Of a DNA stretch of 64,000 bases, positions 36,455 through 44,266 are shown in pieces. The notes beneath the pieces are model-generated. The model saw nothing but the letters and a program-made list of their open reading frames with translations. It did no database searches and was not told the DNA's origin. Within the stretch, counting starts at the first letter, position 1. Each line of letters begins with the position of its first letter. This DNA is from an uncultured Elusimicrobiales bacterium. Its GTDB lineage: Bacteria > Elusimicrobiota > Elusimicrobia > Elusimicrobiales > Elusimicrobiaceae. Position numbers and translations under genes: made by a program. The stretch lies in contig CAKUMH010000001.1 of NCBI GenBank assembly GCA_934667625.1, positions 24,792 through 88,791 of the forward strand, in the 5' to 3' direction.

Positions 36455-38160
36455 TTAGTCTCCTTGGGCAATGTAACGCAAAAGGTACTCCCCTGCCCGG
36501 GGGCGGACGTAACTTCCAATGTGCCGCCGTGCGCTTCTACAATTTGGCGGCTGATAAACAACCCCAGCCCGTAGCCGGATTTTTCCGGGTGGACCTGATG
36601 AAATTTTTTAAAAAGCCCCTTGATTTCCGTTTCGGTGAGGCCGATACCGCTGTCCGCCACCGACAGGTAGCAGTGCTGGGCGTCCTGCCAGGCGTGCACG
36701 CGCACAAAGCCTTTTTCGGTAAATTTAATGGCGTTGGAAACCAAATTCATCACCACACGCTGGAAAAGTTTCGGGTCGGCAGACAGCGAAGAAACTTCCA
36801 CCTGGGCGGAGAGTTCCAGGCCTTTTTCCCGCGCGGAAGGGGCCAGCGTGTCCGTCACGTTTTTGACAAGCGCCTTCAGGTCCACACTTTCTTTGTGGGG
36901 CAGCATCATGCCGGCTTGCACGCGGGACACGTCCAGCACGTCTTCCAATAGCGCGGATAAATTTTTGGCGGCTTGGCTCATCAATTCCAAGTATTGCTTT
37001 TTTTCTTCCTCGCCGGCTTTGCCGCTTTGCAAAATGTAGAGATATCCCTGCAAACCCATCAGCGGGGCGCGCAAATCGTGCGCGACGGCGCGGAAAACCT
37101 GCTCCTTCATTTCGCTCACCTGCGCCTGGAGCTGGAGCACTTGGTAATCTTTTAAATCCGCCGTCATTTTATTAAAGGAGGCGATGAGCTGTTTGAATTC
37201 CCCCCAACCGATTTCTTCGTCAATTTTTTCGTCCAAGTTGCCGCGGCTGACCTCTTTGGCCGCCTGTGAAAGGGCACCGATTGGTTCTCCCAAGCGCTCG
37301 GCAAAAGTCAGCGCGCCAAAATACGCCAGAGTGGCAATGGACAAGAGGAACAGGGCGATGATCACGTTGGTATAGTAAATACTGCGGTAGGCCTCGCTTT
37401 TGAGCTGCAAGACCGCCACATACGCCCCCAAAATGGGCGTGGGAGCAAAGGCGCCCACATACGTGTCCTGCGGGGTGTGCAGATTTTTAATCAGACGGCT
37501 TTTTGAGGCAAAGGCCGCTTGGAGAGCGGCGGCATCAAAAGCGGGTTTATACTGGTAATCGCTGGTGTAGATTTTGCCGTCTTGGTCCACAATGTAGATG
37601 TGACCCGTTACGCCGATACGCTGTTCCTGCACGCGGGATAAAAAGCTGAAAAAACTCATAATTCCGTACAGAAAGTCGCCGTTGGAAAGCGGGTAAATAA
37701 ATTCGCTAATCGGTCTGCCGGACACCACGTCAAAGCTGCTGACGGAGAGGCGAGGCTCTTGGCGAAGCTCCGCCAAAGAAGGGTCGCCTTGCAAGTCCAG
37801 CGCCGGGATTTGGTTTAACACCTGCTTGTCTCCCGTGCGGTAAAGCTCCTTTCCTTCCTTAGATAAAACCGCCAGCATCAAAAAATCCGGGTTTGCGTTA
37901 AGCGTTTCCTTTAGGAGCGCAGTGGGATTTTTGCGCGCATTTAAAATTTCGGCCAGTTTGGGGGCAAACGCCAGGCGCCAAGACAAATCTTCTATGTGCT
38001 GGTTCATGGAAGACGACACGATTTGCGCCAAATTGGCGTGCGTCTCCAAGATGTTGTCTTTCAAATGCACCTGATAGTAGGCCAAGAGCAACGCCATGGG
38101 AATAAGCGGCATTAACACTACGGCCAAAAACAATTTAAAAAGTTTTGAAAATAAAGACAT
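36451..38160 (-). CDS. Sensor histidine kinase (orphan; no adjacent response regulator)
   Basis: Two TM helices flanking a periplasmic region, a HAMP domain, HisKA H-box VAHDLRAPL, and HATPase_c G-boxes (DSGIGL, GYGLGL). Confidence 0.85.
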   Translation of the reverse strand: MSLFSKLFKLFLAVVLMPLIPMALLLAYYQVHLKDNILETHANLAQIVSSSMNQHIEDLSWRLAFAPKLAEILNARKNPTALLKETLNANPDFLMLAVLSKEGKELYRTGDKQVLNQIPALDLQGDPSLAELRQEPRLSVSSFDVVSGRPISEFIYPLSNGDFLYGIMSFFSFLSRVQEQRIGVTGHIYIVDQDGKIYTSDYQYKPAFDAAALQAAFASKSRLIKNLHTPQDTYVGAFAPTPILGAYVAVLQLKSEAYRSIYYTNVIIALFLLSIATLAYFGALTFAERLGEPIGALSQAAKEVSRGNLDEKIDEEIGWGEFKQLIASFNKMTADLKDYQVLQLQAQVSEMKEQVFRAVAHDLRAPLMGLQGYLYILQSGKAGEEEKKQYLELMSQAAKNLSALLEDVLDVSRVQAGMMLPHKESVDLKALVKNVTDTLAPSAREKGLELSAQVEVSSLSADPKLFQRVVMNLVSNAIKFTEKGFVRVHAWQDAQHCYLSVADSGIGLTETEIKGLFKKFHQVHPEKSGYGLGLFISRQIVEAHGGTLEVTSAPGQGSTFCVTLPKETK

Positions 38161-38224
38161 AATCCACCTTATTATAGATTATATCAATTCAGCACGCGGG
38201 GGAACGAAAAAAATCTTTTTGGGG

Positions 38225-38716
38225 CTAGCGCAGGCGGTACACATTGTCGCCCCAAGCAGAAAGCTGGCCTGTCTTTTCCCCCAAGGAAGCACAAACCTTT
38301 TCCCCGGTTTTGCCGGCTTCGGCTTGGGAAGGATAACACAATTGATAGGTGGGGTAAAAATCAATAGAAAAGCCCGGGCCTTGCCAAAATACAGCGGGGC
38401 CTGAATTGGGGTTGTGCAGGTCCCCCACCGGGGTGTTGTAAATAATGGTTTGGTCTTGTTCGGTACGGGACGTGTAGGGGAAATCAATATCCAGCGTGTC
38501 CAAATCGGCGGTATACTGGCCGTTGGCCATATAATAGACCTGCTTGGCATTTACAATGCTTTTAAGCACGGGCAACACGCGCGCCACGCGGGACTTGCGC
38601 ACGGCTACTTCGTATTGGGGCAGCGCAATGGCGGCCAAAATGCCGATGATGAGCACAACAACTAACAACTCAATAAGCGTAAAACCGCCTAAACGGCGCG
38701 TAGTAACGTTTTTCAT
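38225..38716 (-). CDS. Type IV pilin-like (prepilin) protein
   Basis: MKNVTTRRLGG|FTLIELLVVVLIIGILAA; first ~35 residues identical to the 32382 paralog, C-terminus divergent. Confidence 0.8.
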   Translation of the reverse strand: MKNVTTRRLGGFTLIELLVVVLIIGILAAIALPQYEVAVRKSRVARVLPVLKSIVNAKQVYYMANGQYTADLDTLDIDFPYTSRTEQDQTIIYNTPVGDLHNPNSGPAVFWQGPGFSIDFYPTYQLCYPSQAEAGKTGEKVCASLGEKTGQLSAWGDNVYRLR

Positions 38717-38815
38717 GACGACCTTCCTTTTTGATAAATTTTGAGCATACTCAAAATTTATCAAAAAAAAAACGATTACAACCCTTTTATATTTCCCCGG
38801 CCCAAAAACGGCTTT
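38690..38815 (-). promoter_or_regulatory. Conserved pilin 5' module, copy 2 of 3, with a near-perfect 34-bp palindrome
   Basis: ttgataaattttgagcatactcaaaatttatcaa (15-bp perfect arms) lies directly upstream of RBS AAAGGAAGG and the ATG. Confidence 0.5.
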
Positions 38816-38819
38816 TCAA

Positions 38820-39050
38820 CAAGGAAGAGAGGCTGGAACCCTGCGGGCCGCTAGACACTCCTGCATGGCCCTTATTTAATAAGGGACATAACGACCCAAA
38901 AGGTAGATTCTGAAACAAGTTCAGAATGACCTCATAATGAAACGGCAAGATCCTGGACTACAACACTCCAGGATGACAGCAAAACAACAACAGCAAACAA
39001 CAAAACAACACATGCGGTAGATGCTGAATCAAGTTCAGCATGACCTTTTT
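38820..39050. repeat. REP-like hairpin-module cluster
   Basis: ggtagattctgaaacaagttcagaatgac, aagatcctggactacaacactccaggatgac and gcggtagatgctgaatcaagttcagcatgac, plus a degenerate ggaaccctgcgggccgc module. Confidence 0.6.
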
Positions 39051-39077
39051 ATTTTTTCATTATGGTTGGTTGTTTTT

Positions 39078-39122
39078 GTCGCCCTTTGCGTTGTTTTTAA
39101 AAGGCGGTTTAAACGGAATAGT
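39078..39122. repeat. Copy 2 of the conserved ~45-bp intergenic element
   Basis: tcgccctttgcgttgtttttaaaaggcggtttaaacggaata, compared with ttgcccttttgcgcggtttttaaaaggcgggctaaacggaaaa at 28866. Confidence 0.5.
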
Positions 39123-39363
39123 ATTTTTATTTGTTTGAGCCCTTAGGGCGAGTTGTAAAGACTCCCGCCGTTACTGCCTTTTATGGGCAGGAACCCGCTG
39201 GTCTTTTTGGTTCTTTTTCTCCCACGAGAAAAAGAAAGCCCCATAGGCCAAGGGGCCTAAATGTGCCTGGGCCTATCAGGCCGAAAAGGATAGGTCTTTT
39301 TTAGAGGTTCACACGGGCCCTTTGGCCCTGGTGAACAGCGTGCGAAAACCCTATAGTATAAGT

Positions 39364-39621
39364 ATGACAAAGAAACTTTTAACCCTAGCCGCGTTTGTGC
39401 GAGATGAATGGATGCGCCAAGTGTCTTTGGACCTGCAGGCGGCACCGTCGCTGCGGGTGCAAGAAAAAACCGTACTTTTGAACCGCACCGAAGCCGCCTT
39501 TGTGGACGCCGAAACCCGGCATTTGTTAGAAGGTCAGCGACAGGAAACCCTGCGCAGGCGCCGTCTGGGCATTCCGCCTCCGCCCGCGCCGGGCAGCATT
39601 GCTTACGCCGTGTATTATTAA
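39364..39621 (+). CDS. Hypothetical small protein (85 aa), possibly leaderless
   Basis: ATG immediately follows tatagtataagt (a -10-like box); a strong bidirectional terminator lies downstream; no homology recognised. Confidence 0.35.
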   Translation: MTKKLLTLAAFVRDEWMRQVSLDLQAAPSLRVQEKTVLLNRTEAAFVDAETRHLLEGQRQETLRRRRLGIPPPPAPGSIAYAVYY

Positions 39622-39636
39622 AATTTTAGCTACATA

Positions 39637-39671
39637 AAACGCCCCCGGCTTGTACCTGCCGGGGGCGTTTT
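39637..39671. terminator. Bidirectional rho-independent terminator
   Basis: aaaacgcccccggcttgtacctgccgggggcgtttt. Confidence 0.6.
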
Positions 39672-39688
39672 GATATCTAAAAAACCGT

Positions 39689-40879
39689 TTATTTGGTTTT
39701 TTTGAGTTCTTCTACAATGCGCGGCAGAATTTGGTGCGCATCGCCGACGAACCCGTATTTGCAGACGTTGAAGATCGGCGCATTGGCATCTTTGTTGATA
39801 CCAATAATTACGTCGCTATGTTCCATGCCGACAATATGCTGTACCGCGCCGGAAATACCGCACGCCACATACAGCTTGGCGGAAACCGTCACGCCGCTTT
39901 GACCGATCTGCTGGTCTTTGGGTTTGAGGCCCAAGTCAATCGCCGCGCGGGAAGCACCTACCGTTCCGCCCAGTTCGCCTGCTAAGTTTTCCAAGAGGTC
40001 AAAACCCGCTTGGTTCTTCATACCGCGGCCGCCGGCTATGACCACTTCGGCCTCGTCCAGCTTCATGCCTGCGGCGGGCGGATCCATGTGCGTATTGATA
40101 ATGCGCACTTTGGCCGCTTCGGCGGGCAGGGCGATGGCTTCGTGAATCACCTGCGCCATTTTGCCGGGGGTGGTAACCACTTTTTTGAACACGTTGGGGC
40201 GTACGGTGGACATTTGCGGGCGGTAGTCCGGGCATTTAATGTCCGCCATGATGTTGCCGCCAAACGCAGGGCGGGTTTGAATCAGGTTGCCGTCTTTAAT
40301 GGACAGGCCCGTGCAATCCGCCGTCAAACCGACAAACAGTTCCGACGAAATGCGCGGAGACAAATCGCGCCCGATATAAGTGGACGGATAAAGCACCACG
40401 CTGGGGTTGTATTTTTTAATCAGCGTCACCATGGCGTTGGCATAAGCCGCGGTGTTGTAGTTGTGGTAAGCCGGGCTGCTGACAGCGTAAATTTTATCCG
40501 TGCCGTACTGGGAAAGCTCGGCAAAGTATTGCTCTACATTTTCGCCAATGACAACGGCGCAAAGCTCTTCGCCCAGCTGGTTGGCCAGCTCGCGGCCCTT
40601 GGACAAAAGTTCAAAACCTACGGGGCGGACCTTTTGGGTGCGGCCGTCGTCGGCGATTTCAATAAAGGCCCAAACGCCCTTGTAGGCGGAAAGGTCCTTT
40701 TTGGCGGCGCCGGTGGCGGGCAGAGAAAGCGCTTTAACGGGGCAGGCGCTCACACACGCACCGCACATGGTGCAGGCGTTGGAAGCCACCGCTTTGCGGT
40801 TGACCAAAGAGAGCGCACCAAACGGACAAGTGGCAACACACTTGCCACAGCCTACGCATTTTTCAGAAATTTGAATCAT
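39689..40879 (-). CDS. etfA: Electron transfer flavoprotein alpha subunit with an N-terminal 2x[4Fe-4S] ferredoxin domain
   Basis: CVGCGKCVATCP and CTMCGACVSACP clusters, then an EtfA FAD-binding domain. Confidence 0.85.
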   Translation of the reverse strand: MIQISEKCVGCGKCVATCPFGALSLVNRKAVASNACTMCGACVSACPVKALSLPATGAAKKDLSAYKGVWAFIEIADDGRTQKVRPVGFELLSKGRELANQLGEELCAVVIGENVEQYFAELSQYGTDKIYAVSSPAYHNYNTAAYANAMVTLIKKYNPSVVLYPSTYIGRDLSPRISSELFVGLTADCTGLSIKDGNLIQTRPAFGGNIMADIKCPDYRPQMSTVRPNVFKKVVTTPGKMAQVIHEAIALPAEAAKVRIINTHMDPPAAGMKLDEAEVVIAGGRGMKNQAGFDLLENLAGELGGTVGASRAAIDLGLKPKDQQIGQSGVTVSAKLYVACGISGAVQHIVGMEHSDVIIGINKDANAPIFNVCKYGFVGDAHQILPRIVEELKKTK

Positions 40880-41664
40880 TTGATTACACTCTCCTTTTTC
40901 AAAATCTCAATAAATTTATCGGCCAGTTCCACGGCAGAACCAGAGAACATTTCGCCTTTTTGGCGGGCAGGCGGCGGGAAGATGCGGTCCACACGGGTGG
41001 GAGAGCCTTCCAAGCCTAGTTTGTGCGGGTCGGCGTTGACGTCTTTTTCCGTCCACACGTGGATGACTTTATCCTGCGCCTTGTGCGCGGCCATAAAAGA
41101 AGGATACTTGGCCACGTAATCGTGCGGCATGGTCATCGTCACCAATGCGGGCAGGTCGGCCTGCAGAATTTGGTGGCCGCCTTCAATGAGTTTTTTGACG
41201 ACAATTTGGTTGCCGTTGGCGTCAATACTTTCGCAGAACGTAATTTGCGGAATGCCCAAGTGGAAGGCAATGCCAGGACCCGTTTGGGCGGTATCGCCGT
41301 CAATAGCCATTTGGCCGCAGAGGATCAAATCGTACTGGCCAATGTGGCGCACGGCCATGGCCAAGGCGTACGAAGTGGCCCAGGTGTCGGAACCGGCAAA
41401 CGCACGGCTGGAAAGCAGCACGCCTTCGTCCGCACCCAGGGCAAGCGCCAGGCGCAAAACAGCCGTGGCCTGTTGCGGGCCCATGGATAGCACCGTCACC
41501 TTTGCACCGGTTTTGGCCTTGATGTCTAAGGCTCTTTCCAGGGCAAAGTGGTCGTACGGATTTAAAATGCTGGGAACGCCCGCACGAATGAGCGTACCGG
41601 TTTTCGGGTCTACCTTTACTTGGGTAGAATCGGGAACTTGTTTAATGCAAACAATAATGTTCAT
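40876..41664 (-). CDS. etfB: Electron transfer flavoprotein beta subunit
   Basis: MNIIVCIKQVPD N-terminus typical of EtfB; 4-nt overlap with etfA. Confidence 0.85.
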   Translation of the reverse strand: MNIIVCIKQVPDSTQVKVDPKTGTLIRAGVPSILNPYDHFALERALDIKAKTGAKVTVLSMGPQQATAVLRLALALGADEGVLLSSRAFAGSDTWATSYALAMAVRHIGQYDLILCGQMAIDGDTAQTGPGIAFHLGIPQITFCESIDANGNQIVVKKLIEGGHQILQADLPALVTMTMPHDYVAKYPSFMAAHKAQDKVIHVWTEKDVNADPHKLGLEGSPTRVDRIFPPPARQKGEMFSGSAVELADKFIEILKKESVIK

Positions 41665-41673
41665 GAGCGTATC

Positions 41674-43317
41674 CTATTTTTTGAAAACTTCTCTGAGTTT
41701 GGCGGAAACCACGTCCATATCGTCAATGAGGCCGAGCATTTTGCCTTCAATGCCCACCAAATTGACCGCTTGACCGAGTTCGGCCGCGTTAAACGCCGGG
41801 CAGGTGCCCAAAATCAGGCGCATGCCGTCCGTGGCGGTTTTGAAGGCGCTCTGGCGCGCGTTGACACGGGCCATGGTGCTTAAGGTATTTAAGTCAAAGC
41901 GGCTGCCTTCGGTGATGACCTTGTTGGCGCATTGGCGCGTAAACACGGCGGCCACTTCCATTTCGCTGATGAGGTCGCCCAACATGAAGGTTACATACTG
42001 GTGGCGCGTCAGTTTCTGCGCGCGGCAATCCTCCAGCACGCGGGCCAAGGCTCTAAAGCCCAGTGCCACGCTGTCCGCACCGACGTTCGGGTTCTGCGCG
42101 TGAATCGCGTCAAACTCGGCCGCCTGGTTGAGGTAGTATTGGCCGCGGCTTTTTAAATGTTCCTGCCAGCGACCGCGGAAGATTGTCATTTCCAACACTT
42201 CGCTGGTGCCTTCGTAAATGCAGGTAATTTTAACGTCGCGTTTGATTTTTTCTACGGCAAATTCTTTGGTGTAACCAAAGCCGCCCATGGCTTGGATGGA
42301 ATCTTCGGCCGCTTTGTTGCCCGATTCCGTGGCGTACAACTTGGCGATAGCGCCTTCCGTGGCGAGGCCGTGATTATTGACTTCCAGCTGTTTGGCCGTC
42401 CAGTCAATATAGGCGCGGGCCGCTTCAAAGCGGACATAGTGCGGGGTGATGAGCTTTAACATGAATCCCTGCTTTTCGGCCAACGGGCCTCCCGCTTGAA
42501 TGCGCTGCTGGGCATACTGCAAGGCCGTTTCTACGGCTTCTTCGCCGCCACCCAAACCAAACGCCGCCACCATAAGGCGCGTATAGCCGAACACGGCCTG
42601 CGCCTGCAGGAAGCCTTGGCCTTCTTTCAGACCAATTAAATTTTCGGCCGGGACATAGACATCGTCAAACGCCAAGCCCGCCGTGTTGGAAAGGCGGATA
42701 CCGTGTTTGTCTTCGTGCACATCCTGCGTGAAACCCGGGGTGCCCTTTTCTACAATAAACCAGCTCGGACCGCCCGGAGCCAGAGCGAGGACCGTGTAAA
42801 TATCGGCCACGCCGCCATTGGAAATCCACATTTTGCTGCCGGTGATTTTGTAGCCGACAAGCTTGCCGTCTTTGACGACGTGCTCGGCGCGGGTGCGCAG
42901 GGAAACAAGGTCGGAGCCGGCATCGGCTTCCGTGGCACCGTACGCCACGAGTTTATTTTCTTGCGCAATTTTTTTGAACCATTTGGCCTTCTGTTCGGGC
43001 GTACCGCCGACGTTGATCGGGTCGCTGCCCAGGAAGGTGGCAAATACGCCGGTGGCAATGCCCAGGTCTATGCGGGCCAACTGCTCGCACACGCGGTAGA
43101 TTTCGGTGGTTTGGCCGCCGAGTCCGCCGTATTCCTCGGGAATAAGCAACAGATGCACACCCAGCACATCGTGGTCGTACATCTCTTTTAAAATGTCTAA
43201 GGGAATTTCGTTTTTGGCATCATGCTCGCGGATTAGGTTAAAAGAAATCCGGTTTTTAGCATATTGCTTTAAACTGTCCAACATCAGGTTTCTGGTGGTC
43301 AGGTCGTTTTTAGCCAT
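41674..43317 (-). CDS. Acyl-CoA dehydrogenase with a ~170-aa C-terminal extension
   Basis: ACAD N-terminal, middle and C-terminal domains (GATEADAGSDL, YTRLMVAA...); start at the ATG MAKNDL (the ORF track extends upstream). Confidence 0.8.
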   Translation of the reverse strand: MAKNDLTTRNLMLDSLKQYAKNRISFNLIREHDAKNEIPLDILKEMYDHDVLGVHLLLIPEEYGGLGGQTTEIYRVCEQLARIDLGIATGVFATFLGSDPINVGGTPEQKAKWFKKIAQENKLVAYGATEADAGSDLVSLRTRAEHVVKDGKLVGYKITGSKMWISNGGVADIYTVLALAPGGPSWFIVEKGTPGFTQDVHEDKHGIRLSNTAGLAFDDVYVPAENLIGLKEGQGFLQAQAVFGYTRLMVAAFGLGGGEEAVETALQYAQQRIQAGGPLAEKQGFMLKLITPHYVRFEAARAYIDWTAKQLEVNNHGLATEGAIAKLYATESGNKAAEDSIQAMGGFGYTKEFAVEKIKRDVKITCIYEGTSEVLEMTIFRGRWQEHLKSRGQYYLNQAAEFDAIHAQNPNVGADSVALGFRALARVLEDCRAQKLTRHQYVTFMLGDLISEMEVAAVFTRQCANKVITEGSRFDLNTLSTMARVNARQSAFKTATDGMRLILGTCPAFNAAELGQAVNLVGIEGKMLGLIDDMDVVSAKLREVFKK

Positions 43318-43414
43318 ATTTGGGTTTCTCCAAAATACAATATAGGTATATGATACCAATTTTTGAGTTTGTGCGCATAGAGCAACAAAAAGACAACGAC
43401 CACAACACAAGCGG

Positions 43415-43505
43415 CAGCTGGTGAAACAAGTTCAGCATGACGGGCTATTTTAACAACGGCGAGCTCCTGGAACCCCGCGGGCCGCCAGGCACTCCAGGAT
43501 GACGG
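43415..43505. repeat. Solitary REP-like module pair in a non-pilin context
   Basis: ggtgaaacaagttcagcatgacggg plus gagctcctggaaccccgcgggccgccaggcactccaggatgacggcc. Confidence 0.55.
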
Positions 43506-43601
43506 CCTTCATTTAACAGCAGGAAAAGCAACATAAATGCCCCAGCTAATAGCGACAGCACGAAAAAACCTAAAAAGCTTTTTATAAGGTATAATAGCTT
43601 T

Positions 43602-43937
43602 ATGAATTGTATTTTTTGCGGCATTGCCGACGGCTCTGTAAAAAGCCAGCTTGTGTATGAAGATGATGAGGTGGTAGCCTTTAAGGATTTAAACCCGCAG
43701 GCGCCCACGCATCTGTTGATTATCCCGCGCAAACACATTGCGCGCCTGAGCGAAGCGGACGAAAAGGACGCGCTCCTACTAGGCAAAATTTTGCTGGTGG
43801 CCCAAAAATTGGCCAAGCAGTTAAACCTAAAGGATTTCCGCCTGATTACCAACAACGGCAAAGGTGCCGGACAGAGTGTGGACCATTTGCATTTCCACCT
43901 GATGGCAGGCAGACGTTTTTTGTGGCCGGCGGGGTGA
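43602..43937 (+). CDS. HIT-family hydrolase (HinT-like)
   Basis: Histidine triad VDHLHFHLM; N-terminal CIFCGIA zinc-binding motif. Confidence 0.85.
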   Translation: MNCIFCGIADGSVKSQLVYEDDEVVAFKDLNPQAPTHLLIIPRKHIARLSEADEKDALLLGKILLVAQKLAKQLNLKDFRLITNNGKGAGQSVDHLHFHLMAGRRFLWPAG

Positions 43938-44032
43938 GGCTACCCAAAACCGCCCAAAATAAGCTATAATATCTACAAGGTAAAATTTCCTTTTATTTTT
44001 GTCTATTGACCATAGAAGGTGGTGAGAAGAGA

Positions 44033-44227
44033 ATGGTTTTCGTAAAAGTCAGAGATGCCGAACATCTGGAAGAAGCGCTCAAACGCTTTAAAAGAGAATG
44101 CGAAAAGAACGGCATTTTGAAAGAAATCAAAAGACGCGAAACGTATATGCCTCCGAGCGTGAAGAGAAAAATCAAATCGCAGGAAGCCCAGCGCCGCGCC
44201 CGCCGCACCAAACGCAGACGCTTCTAA
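44033..44227 (+). CDS. rpsU: 30S ribosomal protein S21
   Basis: MVFVKVRDAEHLEEALKRFKR...RRARRTKRRRF; start at the internal ATG with an RBS (the ORF track begins 9 codons earlier). Confidence 0.85.
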   Translation: MVFVKVRDAEHLEEALKRFKRECEKNGILKEIKRRETYMPPSVKRKIKSQEAQRRARRTKRRRF

Positions 44228-44266
44228 TAAAAGCAGTTTTACAGGCAATAGTCCTTTACGCAAGTA

